A stretch of 64,000 nucleotides of DNA, from the NCBI GenBank assembly GCA_963674595.2, contig CAXXFV010000004.1:224001-288000 (forward strand). Reading direction: 5' to 3'. The number at the start of each line of letters is the position of its first letter. The stretch's first letter is position 1. The position numbers were made by a program, and so were the translations under genes. Positions 37,220 to 47,277 of this stretch are shown one piece after another. This stretch comes from a bacterium. GTDB taxonomy: Bacteria > Zhuqueibacterota > Zhuqueibacteria > Residuimicrobiales > Krinioviventaceae. The notes under the pieces are model-generated. The model searched no databases. It saw only the letters and a list, made by a program, of their open reading frames with translations, and was not told the origin of the DNA.

Positions 37220-38194
37220 TTATTGAGGATTTATTAAATGAAACCTTGTTACTAATGAAAAACTGTCATTTTGGGCCGTTAAAATAAGTTTTAACAGCTT
37301 GATATTCCAGCCCTGTTGTGAAATTTGTTTTAACAAATTTTCAATTTGAGTCATTGAACCATTACATTTTATATAAACCAAAGAACGTTTAGAGTTTTTC
37401 CATTGCTCTGGTTCATTTACTGCAAGCTCCTGAACAGTGATACCGGCATCAACAGCCATTTTTTTAAGACTGTTTTGAAAATCTAATCGTGTGATATTGG
37501 AGGAAGCAAATTCATTCATCCCACTGCGATTTGAGGTCATTAAGCCGTTTATAACATAGTGATTTCCGTGTCCAGGGACCAAACGAACATTAACTCGTTC
37601 TGAAAAAAGTGATGTCAATTTATCATAATAACTCTGCACATCAGTCTTTGATACAGATGTTACTTCTGCTAAAACAGAACTTTCATCCAAAAAGACAGAA
37701 CTAATTTTTACAGATTGAGACCTTTGCCCAAATAAATCATACAAAACAGACATAGCATTTGCAAAAGCTGATTCTTTAGCTGAAACAGTTTTTACGGGTT
37801 GTTGTTTCTGTTCCTGTGGTTTTTCTTGCTTGCTAGTAGGTTTTTCAACAATTTTTGTTGAAGGCGTCTTTAAACTGTCTTCTGTGACAAATGGGTTTTC
37901 AGATGGTGGTGGTAACAATTCTGTTGTCTTTCTACCTTTGAAAAAACCCAAATAAACTGCTGCTGTACCAACGACAAAGACCATTATGATAAGAATTATA
38001 GGTAAAAGAATAGATTTTTGTTTCTTAACTTTTCTATAATCTTTATCACTTTGTTCTTTTTCTGTTGGTTCCTCTTCCGGCGGCTGAGCAATGACAGGTT
38101 CTTCACCCAAATCGTCAAAATCCTGATCGGGAATAGTTGTGTCTTCCTCAGAATGATTAATTCTTTTTTCAAGTTCATCATTTAATAAGTTCAT
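37220..38194 (-). CDS. Bitopic membrane protein, probable PilN-PilO-like fusion
   Basis: Acidic cytoplasmic N-terminus, one TM, then PilN-like (VKISSVFLDESSVLAEV) and PilO-like (IKCNGSMTQIENLLKQI...IKLLKLIL) segments; follows the pilM-like gene. Confidence 0.5.
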   Translation of the reverse strand: MNLLNDELEKRINHSEEDTTIPDQDFDDLGEEPVIAQPPEEEPTEKEQSDKDYRKVKKQKSILLPIILIIMVFVVGTAAVYLGFFKGRKTTELLPPPSENPFVTEDSLKTPSTKIVEKPTSKQEKPQEQKQQPVKTVSAKESAFANAMSVLYDLFGQRSQSVKISSVFLDESSVLAEVTSVSKTDVQSYYDKLTSLFSERVNVRLVPGHGNHYVINGLMTSNRSGMNEFASSNITRLDFQNSLKKMAVDAGITVQELAVNEPEQWKNSKRSLVYIKCNGSMTQIENLLKQISQQGWNIKLLKLILTAQNDSFSLVTRFHLINPQ

Positions 38195-38248
38195 AATTAC
38201 CCCGCACGCCTCAAGTTAGTCATTAGTATCAATATTATCATTTTAAAC

Positions 38249-39220
38249 TTAAACGATTGCCATACCAAAACTGGTAAAATATTTTTCAGGATGATCTGAT
38301 ATGAGTTGTTTCTTATCATCAGACAGTTCTTCTGAAAAGTCTTCGAATGGTGGGATAATCGTAACCTCTACAGATTTGTTCAACTTGAAAAGCTGTTCTT
38401 TTAACGCCATGGTAGCGGTACCACCGAAAAGGAAAATATTGGAATAGCTTGTAGGGTATTTTATTGTATCAGCAAATTTTAATACTTTACTTAATTCTTC
38501 ATTATAAAGAGCTGCTAATTCATCTGCCGGAGCATCCAATAAGGTTTTTTCCTGTGCCTCTGAATTAATAGAAGGTAATTCTCTTAAAGTTATTAAATCA
38601 TCTTTAAAATAGACAGAAATATCTGCCAGAGATCGCTCACATTTTATAATAGCAGTGAGACCTTTATCTTCTTTATTATGAACAATATAATTTAAAGCCC
38701 GTAAATTAGCTAATACATCAATGTCTATACGGTTCAAGTTTATATCTGCTTGCTGAAATGCATTTTTTATAAAGTCTATAACAGCTTTTCTAACAGCAAC
38801 AAACATAACATGGTTTAAACTTGTATGATGTTGACCAATAACCTCATAACCAATATTAAATTCTTTTCGGTTATCAATTAATAGCTGATTGGCTTCCCAG
38901 GCAATTTGTTGAGAAAGTTCAAATTCGTTCATGCCCTTATCAATAGGAACTGTTTTTAATAAAACAAGACGTCTATTAATAGCCAGTCTTACATCTTTGG
39001 AAGCAAAATCAATTTGATTTTTAAGATCATTTAGTGTTGCAACCAGCATTGGTAACATTTGAGGATCCGCAACGGATTCGAAATCAAAAGAAAAATCCAT
39101 TTCAGCTTCAGCAGCATTAGAGACAAAATAATTTCCATTATGCTTTTGGACTTCGATAACTCTCAAGCAAGGCCCGATAAGATCAAGGCCTAAAAATGAA
39201 TTTTCTTTGTTTTCGTTCAT
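38249..39220 (-). CDS. pilM: Type IV pilus assembly PilM-like protein (degenerate actin fold)
   Basis: FLGLDL, QQIAWEANQ, VMFVAVRK, RIDIDVLA, IFLFGG. Confidence 0.7.
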   Translation of the reverse strand: MNENKENSFLGLDLIGPCLRVIEVQKHNGNYFVSNAAEAEMDFSFDFESVADPQMLPMLVATLNDLKNQIDFASKDVRLAINRRLVLLKTVPIDKGMNEFELSQQIAWEANQLLIDNRKEFNIGYEVIGQHHTSLNHVMFVAVRKAVIDFIKNAFQQADINLNRIDIDVLANLRALNYIVHNKEDKGLTAIIKCERSLADISVYFKDDLITLRELPSINSEAQEKTLLDAPADELAALYNEELSKVLKFADTIKYPTSYSNIFLFGGTATMALKEQLFKLNKSVEVTIIPPFEDFSEELSDDKKQLISDHPEKYFTSFGMAIV

Positions 39221-39261
39221 TACTATGCCACCATTTTAGTTAAGTTTTAAATACCTAATTT

Positions 39262-39936
39262 TTATTTCCAGGTCTTTTCAACGCTTTCAATAGAGCCATG
39301 GTTCGTTATGGTCAAACCACCGAGTTTGCTAAGTTTAAAATCAGACGCAACTTTTAAACTATCCAACGAATCAATGGGACAATAAATATTCACTACTTTG
39401 ATGACAGAAGTGTCGACTACAGTTATACGATAAGAATCAGCTACTGTTGGGCACAAAAACATGTTATCAAGGCTGAAAAGAGCGATTGAATCAATTTTCA
39501 ATGCAAACTCTGGGTATGATCTTAAAGAATCCAAAATCATGGTTTCTGTAGTGTCAATATCCCATTTACGCCCAAACTCGGCCAAAGTATCAACAATCGA
39601 TTTCGACAGATCATCTAGGTTTTTCATGTAATCCACAATACTGACGGATAAAATAGAATCACTTTTTGTATAGCTTCTTAACATTCTTCCGGTTGTATCA
39701 GATTTTATAAAATCCACTACCTCTGTGATTTTATTGTTAAAAGAATCTGTTTCCGCCAGATAAACATATTCAGCATATAAAATATGTTCCATATTTTGTC
39801 GACACAATTTTGTTAACTGTTCTTCTTTCTTCCACAAGGAATCCGGATACAAAATTGAAGCAATAACGGCAGCCGCTAAAACAACAATTAAAATTTTGTA
39901 AATTATGGAGCCCTTTGGACTAGCATCCTTTGCCAT
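39262..39936 (-). CDS. Atypical pilin-like membrane protein
   Basis: Short leader ending KG, hydrophobic helix ending in P, then C..NM..I..A...Y, and C-terminal CP...CP...HG. It lacks the canonical Glu5. Confidence 0.45.
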   Translation of the reverse strand: MAKDASPKGSIIYKILIVVLAAAVIASILYPDSLWKKEEQLTKLCRQNMEHILYAEYVYLAETDSFNNKITEVVDFIKSDTTGRMLRSYTKSDSILSVSIVDYMKNLDDLSKSIVDTLAEFGRKWDIDTTETMILDSLRSYPEFALKIDSIALFSLDNMFLCPTVADSYRITVVDTSVIKVVNIYCPIDSLDSLKVASDFKLSKLGGLTITNHGSIESVEKTWK

Positions 39937-39977
39937 TTTTCCTCCTACTACTCTTCAAAACCAAGTTTTGTAGTTGG

Positions 39978-40406
39978 TCAGTCTACGGTTATTTTTGTTT
40001 TTATTTGTTCAAATGTTTTTTGACCGATACGTTTCACATGAGTTATTTCATTGATTGTTTTAAAAGGACCGTTTTCATGCCGATATTTTATAATATTTTC
40101 TGCAATCTTGGGTCCAATTTTGGGTAGCGTCTGTAATTCTTCACACGACGCATTGTTAATGTTAATTTTTTTTGTTAGGAACTTTTTATGTTCTTTTACA
40201 TTGTTGTAATTAATCGCTTCTAAAGAATCCGTATTTTTTAATGTCAACTTTTGAAATTCAGCCAACATTTCCTGATGTTTTGTCTGCCATTCTTTACCGG
40301 ACTTTTTAGTAATATAGTTCTTATAAAAGGTGACTGCAACACCTAAAATAAAAACACAACATAATAATAGAATAAACTTTTGTTCTTGTTTCGAAAAACC
40401 GAACAT
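39978..40406 (-). CDS. comEA: ComEA-like helix-hairpin-helix DNA-binding protein
   Basis: N-terminal TM; KININNAS.EELQTLPKIGPKIAENIIKYR...GPF...VKRIG. Confidence 0.9.
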   Translation of the reverse strand: MFGFSKQEQKFILLLCCVFILGVAVTFYKNYITKKSGKEWQTKHQEMLAEFQKLTLKNTDSLEAINYNNVKEHKKFLTKKININNASCEELQTLPKIGPKIAENIIKYRHENGPFKTINEITHVKRIGQKTFEQIKTKITVD

Positions 40407-40408
40407 TT

Positions 40409-41548
40409 TTACAGAATAGCTTCTTTCATTCGTTCAAAAAAACTCTTATCATCCTTTTGAGGAAAGATGTTTTCCTGTTTACTTAATTCTTTCAAAAGCT
40501 CCTTTTCTTTGGAACTGAGTTTTGTTGGTGTATAAACTAAAATCCTTACCAACTGATCACCAGAACCATAGGAATTTAAATGTGGAATGCCTTTGCCGCG
40601 CATACGAAGTATTTTACCGCTTTGAGTACCCGAACTAATCGAAATTTTCGCCTTACCTGTCAGCGTTGGTACTTCAATGTCGTCACCAAGTGCAACCTGT
40701 GGAAAGCTCAATTGGAGATTGTACACAATATCATCACCATGTCTTTCAAAAAGATCATGGGGCTTTTCTTCAATAATAACAATAACATCTCCGTTAGGAC
40801 CGTTGCGAGGCCCTGAATTACCGGCATTACGAATCGTTAAATACTGACCCTGTGCAACACCTGCAGGGATTTCGACATCAATAACAGCTTCTTTTTGTAC
40901 TCGCCCATCTCCACGGCATTCCAAACAAGCTTTGTCAATAATTTTTCCTTCCCCATGACAACGTTGGCATGTTTGGCTTACAGAAAAAAACCCTTGCCTG
41001 TACGCAACTTCTCCGGCACCATGACACATGGGACAATCAATCGTTGACGTACCGGGCTTTGCACCACTACCGTTACATGTTTCACATTTTTCTTGTCTGG
41101 AAAATTTTACTTTTTTAGTAACACCTTTGGCAATCTCTTCATAACTTAATTTAAGACGGATTTGCAAGTCGGAACCTCTTTTGGCAGCAGAGCGTCTTCG
41201 CCCGCTACTGCTCCCACCCATTCCAAAAATATCGCCAAAACCACCACCAAAAACTTCTCGAAATATATCAAAAGGATCGGAAAAGCCACCACCTTCAAAT
41301 CCGCCAAAACCACTGCCGCCGCCACGCATTCCGGCGCGGCCAAATTGGTTGTACTGTTGTCTTTTTTGTGGATTTGATAATACTGTGTAGGCTTCACCGA
41401 TAGCTTTAAATTTTTCTTCTGCTTCTTTATTTCCCGGATTTTTATCAGGGTGATATTGCATTGCAAGCTTTCGGTACGCTTTTTTTATTTCATTTGTATC
41501 AGCATCCCGACTAACACCCAATAACTCATAATAATCTTTTTCTATCAT
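40409..41548 (-). CDS. dnaJ: Chaperone DnaJ
   Basis: J domain with HPD, G/F-rich region, four CxxCxGxG repeats. Confidence 0.98.
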   Translation of the reverse strand: MIEKDYYELLGVSRDADTNEIKKAYRKLAMQYHPDKNPGNKEAEEKFKAIGEAYTVLSNPQKRQQYNQFGRAGMRGGGSGFGGFEGGGFSDPFDIFREVFGGGFGDIFGMGGSSSGRRRSAAKRGSDLQIRLKLSYEEIAKGVTKKVKFSRQEKCETCNGSGAKPGTSTIDCPMCHGAGEVAYRQGFFSVSQTCQRCHGEGKIIDKACLECRGDGRVQKEAVIDVEIPAGVAQGQYLTIRNAGNSGPRNGPNGDVIVIIEEKPHDLFERHGDDIVYNLQLSFPQVALGDDIEVPTLTGKAKISISSGTQSGKILRMRGKGIPHLNSYGSGDQLVRILVYTPTKLSSKEKELLKELSKQENIFPQKDDKSFFERMKEAIL

Positions 41549-41564
41549 ATAATATCTTATTTTA

Positions 41565-42071
41565 TCACTTGCTAACTATTACTTTTGCATGACGCAAAAC
41601 ACGGTCTTTAAAAATATAACCTTTTATATGCTCTTCAACAACTATATTAGAGTCCTTGCCTTCTGCTTCAACCTGTAAAAGAGCATCATGACGTTCAGGA
41701 TCAAATTCCTGTCCCACACTTTCCATTATTTCCAAACCATGATCCTGCATAATTTTAAAAAAATTATTTCGTAATAAACTCAAACCTTCGACAAGTGTAT
41801 TCTTATCGCTGTCACTGGATGCTAATGATCTTTCCAAATCATCAAAAACAGGAAGCAACTCTTTAATAAACATGGAATTTGCTGTTTCAACAAGGTCACT
41901 TTTTTCACGAACTGTTCTTTTTTTGAAATTATCAAATTCGGCAGCAATTCTCAACAATTGATTTTTAAGTTCTTTATGCTCTTTTTCTAAGACAAAAAGT
42001 TCCTTTTTATAATTCCGTCGTTTTTTAGTTTTAGTTTCTTCGGCCGTTTGATTGTTAATATCTATATTCAT
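41565..42071 (-). CDS. grpE: Nucleotide exchange factor GrpE
   Basis: [20 protein letters not shown]...[10 protein letters not shown]. Confidence 0.95.
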   Translation of the reverse strand: MNIDINNQTAEETKTKKRRNYKKELFVLEKEHKELKNQLLRIAAEFDNFKKRTVREKSDLVETANSMFIKELLPVFDDLERSLASSDSDKNTLVEGLSLLRNNFFKIMQDHGLEIMESVGQEFDPERHDALLQVEAEGKDSNIVVEEHIKGYIFKDRVLRHAKVIVSK

Positions 42072-42091
42072 TTTATTATCAGTACTCTTTT

Positions 42092-43126
42092 TTATTTTGG
42101 ATGCCCTACAAGACAGCCCAGGGTTTCAGCCATAAATGTAACAAGGGCAACAATTTTGGCATAGGGCATTCTTGTCGGCCCTATAACGCCTATTGTTCCC
42201 TCAACATCATCAATTTGGTAGGTCGTTGCAATAAGACTGCAATTTTTCATCAAAATTTCTTTATTTTCATCGCCAATAACTATGGAAATACCTTCGGTTC
42301 CAAAATCATCCAGGATTTGGATAAGTATATCCTTCCTGTCCAACAGTTCTAAAATTTTACCAACTTTCTCTTTATTTTCAAACTCTGGCTGCGCGATAAC
42401 GTTTTTTGCACCAGAAAAATAAAAATCACTTTTGGAACTGAAATCTGAAAAATCAGAAACTTTTTTACCTATTGCATCGACAACACTTTTACTTTTTACA
42501 TCAATATCGGAAAAACGGCTTACCAGAGATTCACTCAACTCTTTGATTTGTAATCCGTACAGCCTTTCGTTTAAAATTTCCGAAACAGTTCGCAGTAAAT
42601 TATCCGGGATAACCTGCTCAATTTCTACCAGAACAGTTTTCACAAACCCGGATTGTATTCCAATAACAAATAATACTTTATCACTTGAAATGGAAACAAG
42701 ATCTACCTTTTGAATAATACCCTTTTTAAAACGCGGTGCAAGAATAACACCTAACTGACTTGAGATATTACCCAAAACTTCACTGGCTTTACTAACAATG
42801 GAATCAACATCTCTTGAAAAATGATTTAGTTCGTTAACAATAGCTCGTTTTTCTGTAAGTGTAAGCTTGACTCTCCCCATCATGCTGTTAACATATTGAC
42901 GGTATCCAGAATCGGTAGGCACTCGGCCAGCAGAAGCATGAGGTTGTAAAATCAAACCCATCTCTTCCAGGTCAACCATAACATTTCTGACAGTTGCCGG
43001 ACTGATGTTTAAATTGTAGTGTTTTGACAAATAGCGAGAACCGACAGGTTCTGCTGTTTGTATAAAACCGTGTACAATTGATAAAAAAACTTGTCGCTCT
43101 CTTTCAGTGAGCTTGTCAACATCCAT
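42092..43126 (-). CDS. hrcA: Heat-inducible transcription repressor HrcA
   Basis: EPVGSR, SPATVRN, PHASAGRVPTDSGYR, GVIGPTRMPY. Confidence 0.97.
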   Translation of the reverse strand: MDVDKLTERERQVFLSIVHGFIQTAEPVGSRYLSKHYNLNISPATVRNVMVDLEEMGLILQPHASAGRVPTDSGYRQYVNSMMGRVKLTLTEKRAIVNELNHFSRDVDSIVSKASEVLGNISSQLGVILAPRFKKGIIQKVDLVSISSDKVLFVIGIQSGFVKTVLVEIEQVIPDNLLRTVSEILNERLYGLQIKELSESLVSRFSDIDVKSKSVVDAIGKKVSDFSDFSSKSDFYFSGAKNVIAQPEFENKEKVGKILELLDRKDILIQILDDFGTEGISIVIGDENKEILMKNCSLIATTYQIDDVEGTIGVIGPTRMPYAKIVALVTFMAETLGCLVGHPK

Positions 43127-43170
43127 GTTTATTAGAAAATAATTAATAGGTTATTACAAAATTAATGTTA

Positions 43171-43199
43171 AAAATAACGATTTTTATTAGTGTTGTCAA
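43171..43199 (-). promoter_or_regulatory. Sigma70-type promoter of hrcA-grpE-dnaJ
   Basis: Minus strand TTGACA-N17-TATTTT. Confidence 0.5.
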
Positions 43200-43244
43200 G
43201 AAAAATTTAGCTAACGGAATTACTAATAAAAACAATATACTACA

Positions 43245-44096
43245 TTATAAAAATTTCTTAATTGCGAACAAACTTCCGGTTAATCCAAACACCAAGCCGG
43301 CAACGATAATAACACTCATTTGTTTAAAAGTAACAACCAGCAATCCGGGATAGTAATAGTGAATCAGGGAATTGAGCCCATATAAGGCACTAAAAGCAAT
43401 AATGCCACCTATTAATCCCTGCAAAACACCTTCTATTATATAAGGCCTTCGGATAAAGGATTCTTTTGCCCCAACCAGCTTCATTGTTTTGATAATATGC
43501 TGCCTTGCATGGATGATAAGACGAATGGTGTTTGAAACGACAAAAAACGATCCTAAAAACACTATAACAAAAATAATGGAATTAACAATTGTAGCAATTT
43601 TGGAAAACTTGGACAAAACTCCGAGTTCAAAACTCGGGTAAACAATTTCATCTATTCCGGGAAGCGATTTCAGTTCATTTGTCAGATTTTTTACATATTT
43701 TAAAGAACGATAGTCCTTTTTTATTTTTACAATAAAACTTGAGGGTAATGGGTTATCTTCCAAAAGGATAAACAGGTCCTCACCAAACTCTTTTTCCAGT
43801 TCTTTGGCCGCAATATCCTTTGACATAAACTCCACATTTTCAACAACTTCATAGGCCAAAATTTTTGCTCCCAGGTCCGCAACGGCCTGATCATCCATGG
43901 TATTGGATATAAACAGTTGTATATCTATTTTAGCGTTTAAAACTTGTATCAACCTGTTCACGTTTAAGGAAAGGAGCCCAAAAAAGCCAACAATAAACAA
44001 TAAAAAAGCAATTGTAAAAATACTCATAATGCTGGAAAACCTGGCCCGCTTAAAACCTTCGAATGCTTCCTGAATACTATATAGGTAACTTTTCAT
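43245..44096 (-). CDS. ftsX: Cell division permease FtsX
   Basis: Four TMs, DNPLP, SNTIRL, MKLVGA...IRRPYIIEG; follows ftsE. Confidence 0.93.
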   Translation of the reverse strand: MKSYLYSIQEAFEGFKRARFSSIMSIFTIAFLLFIVGFFGLLSLNVNRLIQVLNAKIDIQLFISNTMDDQAVADLGAKILAYEVVENVEFMSKDIAAKELEKEFGEDLFILLEDNPLPSSFIVKIKKDYRSLKYVKNLTNELKSLPGIDEIVYPSFELGVLSKFSKIATIVNSIIFVIVFLGSFFVVSNTIRLIIHARQHIIKTMKLVGAKESFIRRPYIIEGVLQGLIGGIIAFSALYGLNSLIHYYYPGLLVVTFKQMSVIIVAGLVFGLTGSLFAIKKFL

Positions 44097-44099
44097 ATC

Positions 44100-44747
44100 T
44101 TACACCATTCGGCCGTTTCGAATATTTATTATTCGTCCACCATTTTGTTTTGCCAAATCAGAATTATGGGTTGCCATTAATATACAAGTTCCACGCGCAT
44201 TGATACGCTTTAATACATCAATTATTCCGTTAGCCGTCAAACTATCCAGATTTCCGGTAGGTTCGTCAGCTAAAAGGACATAGGGCTCATTAACAATGGC
44301 CCTGGCAATGGCTACACGCTGCTGTTCACCGCCGGAAAGTTCATGTGGAAATTTTCTGGATTTATGGCTTAGTCCAACATCAGCCAATGCCCGAAGCACT
44401 CTTCTTTTAATTTCCTTACTTCTTTTTCCAATTACTTCCAAACTAAAGGAGACATTTTTAAAAACGTCTCTGTCATCCAATAATTTAAAATCCTGAAAGA
44501 CTATTCCCAGCTTACGACGCAGAAAGGGAATCTCTTTTTTCTTTATATATAGAGAATTATATTGTTCAACAACAACCTGGCCTTCAACCGGCACAATGTC
44601 CATATAAATACTTTTTAAAATAGTTGATTTACCGGCGCCACTAGGGCCCACCAAAAAGATAAACTCTCCCGGCGACACTTTAAAAGTAATGTGCGAGACA
44701 CCTTCCCCTGTCGGATATTTTATTCGTACGTTTTGAAGTTCTATCAT
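44100..44747 (-). CDS. ftsE: Cell division ATP-binding protein FtsE
   Basis: GPSGAGKS, GIVFQDFKLL, LSGGEQQR, LADEPTGNLD. Confidence 0.95.
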   Translation of the reverse strand: MIELQNVRIKYPTGEGVSHITFKVSPGEFIFLVGPSGAGKSTILKSIYMDIVPVEGQVVVEQYNSLYIKKKEIPFLRRKLGIVFQDFKLLDDRDVFKNVSFSLEVIGKRSKEIKRRVLRALADVGLSHKSRKFPHELSGGEQQRVAIARAIVNEPYVLLADEPTGNLDSLTANGIIDVLKRINARGTCILMATHNSDLAKQNGGRIINIRNGRMV

Positions 44748-44751
44748 AACT

Positions 44752-45510
44752 CTATTCTTTTTTCAGAACCAGATGGATCCTTTCCGACTTTTCAACTGCT
44801 GGCTGAAAAGTAAAATTTCTATAACAACCAACCAGGCTGAAATTTGTATCATCAATCAGTGATTTAACATTTTCAAGTGATCGGATTCTCTGCTGATGTG
44901 TTTCACAAAAAATAGTTTGAGGAAATTCATTTAACTGTATTTCAAAATAATTAATCTGAATTTGATCATCCTTTTTAAAATAACTCTTGCGATAATAAGA
45001 TGCATTATAAAACTCTTCACGTTGTACATAATTTTTAAAAATATATATCGAATTGTATAATGTGCTTACATCAAAAATAAAGAGTCCGTCTTTTTGTAAA
45101 ATATCATAAACATTTTCAAAACACTCTACCCAATCTTTATCATCTAAAAGATAGTTCATACTATCATATAATGATACCACAATATTCACTTTTTTATGCA
45201 GGCTGGGGCGTTTCATATCCGCGCACCAAAAAAGGATAGAATTATCGTGCATCTCTTGAGCGGTTTTAACCATTTTCGAGGAGCTATCGCACCCCATTAC
45301 CGAATAACCATAACGCTCTAAAAAATCGCATAAATTACCTGTTCCACATGAAATATCAAGAACATTTTCAACATTCATTAAATTGCGTTTTGCTATTTTG
45401 GCAATATAATTGGCCCAAAGTTCATAATTTACATGACTCATAACCTGATCATAAATATTCGCCAATATCGAATAGGGCGCTACTTGTTTTTTTTCTTTTC
45501 GATTTAACAT
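44752..45510 (-). CDS. Class I SAM-dependent methyltransferase
   Basis: VLDISCGTG, DSMNY, DGLFIFD. Confidence 0.88.
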   Translation of the reverse strand: MLNRKEKKQVAPYSILANIYDQVMSHVNYELWANYIAKIAKRNLMNVENVLDISCGTGNLCDFLERYGYSVMGCDSSSKMVKTAQEMHDNSILFWCADMKRPSLHKKVNIVVSLYDSMNYLLDDKDWVECFENVYDILQKDGLFIFDVSTLYNSIYIFKNYVQREEFYNASYYRKSYFKKDDQIQINYFEIQLNEFPQTIFCETHQQRIRSLENVKSLIDDTNFSLVGCYRNFTFQPAVEKSERIHLVLKKE

Positions 45511-45935
45511 TCGACAATTTTTACCAAATATTTTCGGTTACGGGCGCCGTCAAATTCACAAAAATACAAGGATTGCCAGGTTCCCATGGCCAACCTTCCA
45601 TTTTCAATAATCAAAGTAATGGATGGCCCGACAAGCGTGGTTTTTATATGAGCAGCAGAATTGCCTTCATAATGAGCATAGGAATCATTAAAAGGAATGA
45701 CTTTATTCAACTCCATGATCATATCCCGTACCACATCCGGATCAGCATTTTCATTTATCGTAACACCGGCAGTTGTATGAGGTACAAAAACAACACACAA
45801 TCCGTTTTGTACACCGCTTTTTTCTACCAGACTATTAACCTGGCTATCAATATTAATCATCTGAACTCTTTGTGACGTACGGATTGAAATATGGTGAACA
45901 TTCACAGGCATAATCCTCCAGCTAATTTTTATCAA
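45504..45935 (-). CDS. yjbQ: YjbQ/UPF0047 family protein (secondary thiamine-phosphate synthase-like)
   Basis: PHTTAGVTINENADPDV, EGNSAAH, GTWQ...CEFDG. Confidence 0.92.
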   Translation of the reverse strand: MIKISWRIMPVNVHHISIRTSQRVQMINIDSQVNSLVEKSGVQNGLCVVFVPHTTAGVTINENADPDVVRDMIMELNKVIPFNDSYAHYEGNSAAHIKTTLVGPSITLIIENGRLAMGTWQSLYFCEFDGARNRKYLVKIVEC

Positions 45936-45993
45936 ATTTAATCAATATAAGGGCATAAATCAACAAGTATGATACTGAAATTAATGTTTATTT

Positions 45994-47277
45994 TCAGGTT
46001 TTAAGCTTTTTCTTCCTGGCCGCAGGAAAAAGAATATTGTTTAAAATCAGCCGATAGCCTGGTGAGTTTTTGTGAAGTGATAATTGTGTATGTGGATCGT
46101 TGACAAAATGTTGATAATCCTCCGGATCATGTCCGCCATAAAAAGTAAATGTTCCTTTGCCCTGATTACCATGCAGGTATTTAATCTGATTTGTGTTTTC
46201 AGCCTGTCCCAGAATGACAACGGTTTTTTTCAGATTATTACGATTAAACCCGGTCGTCTGTCCCATAAATCCTTTTACAACAGACACATGATTTTGTGTA
46301 AGCATAGTAGGAACAGGATCATATTTTGCTGAAAATTCAAACAAGGTAAAATATTCTGCTTCTGCACCTCTTAATGCCGGTGCATAACTGGGAGGAATAT
46401 CAATCGAAGAATATTCATATAACATCGGATTTAGTTCCAATGTAAAATTTTCGAATGCCAGGCATTTTGAAAAATCGAGTTTACCCTGAGCATGGCCATC
46501 AGGCGGATCACCGTCAAACATATCAGCAACAACATCAACATTTTCTGCCGCCAAAGCTATATCAAATGTATCCGTTGCTGAACACATAGCAAAAAGGAAA
46601 CCACCGTTTTGCACAAATTTTTTTATAGTTCTGGCAACAGCCTTTTTTAATTCAGAGACTTTGGTAAATCCCATTTTATGTGCCATTGCCTGGTTTTTTT
46701 CAACCTGGTCTTTATACCAATCGGTATTTCTATAATTAGCATAAAATTTTCCATATTGACCGGTAAAATCCTCATGATGCAAATGCAGCCAATCATATTC
46801 TTCCAGCCGGCCTTCCAAAACCTTGTCATCCCATAATAAATCGTGCGGTATTTGGGCGTATTCCAAGGCCAGCAAAACAGCATCGTCCCAGGCCTGTTTA
46901 CTGGGTGGTGCATAAATAGCAATTTTAGGCGCTTTTTCCAAAAGAATAACGTCCATGTTTTCCTGTTCGATTTTAGCATATATTTGAGAGGCATCCGAAC
47001 CTGAAATCATGTCAAAGGAAACGCCCCGAACCCTTAATTCACGTTCAACAGCCGGATAGTGGTCCATCATAAAAGACCCGCCGCGATAATTTAACAACCA
47101 TTCTACATTAATACTATGTTCCAGGGCCCAAAAAGCAATTCCATAGGCTTTCAGATGGTCTTCCTGCTTTAAATCCATATATATTAATAATTTTTGAGAA
47201 AAACCAACGGAATAGGTGGATAATAAAAATCCGATAATCACCATTAATAATATTCTAATTTTCAAAAACATTTTCAA
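45994..47277 (-). CDS. Conserved FCB-group secreted protein with class I GATase-like fold (family often labelled 'asparagine synthetase B')
   Basis: HLKAYGI, WLLNYRGGSF, WDDAV, WLHLHHEDFTGQYGKF, FAMCSATD, GHDPEDYQH; signal peptide. Confidence 0.75.
   Translation of the reverse strand: MKMFLKIRILLMVIIGFLLSTYSVGFSQKLLIYMDLKQEDHLKAYGIAFWALEHSINVEWLLNYRGGSFMMDHYPAVERELRVRGVSFDMISGSDASQIYAKIEQENMDVILLEKAPKIAIYAPPSKQAWDDAVLLALEYAQIPHDLLWDDKVLEGRLEEYDWLHLHHEDFTGQYGKFYANYRNTDWYKDQVEKNQAMAHKMGFTKVSELKKAVARTIKKFVQNGGFLFAMCSATDTFDIALAAENVDVVADMFDGDPPDGHAQGKLDFSKCLAFENFTLELNPMLYEYSSIDIPPSYAPALRGAEAEYFTLFEFSAKYDPVPTMLTQNHVSVVKGFMGQTTGFNRNNLKKTVVILGQAENTNQIKYLHGNQGKGTFTFYGGHDPEDYQHFVNDPHTQLSLHKNSPGYRLILNNILFPAARKKKLKT

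Noticed and set aside
45994-47277. Asparagine synthetase B
   Set aside because: No N-terminal Ntn Cys or SGGLDS ATP-pyrophosphatase motif, and it has a signal peptide; the label appears to be a propagated misannotation.
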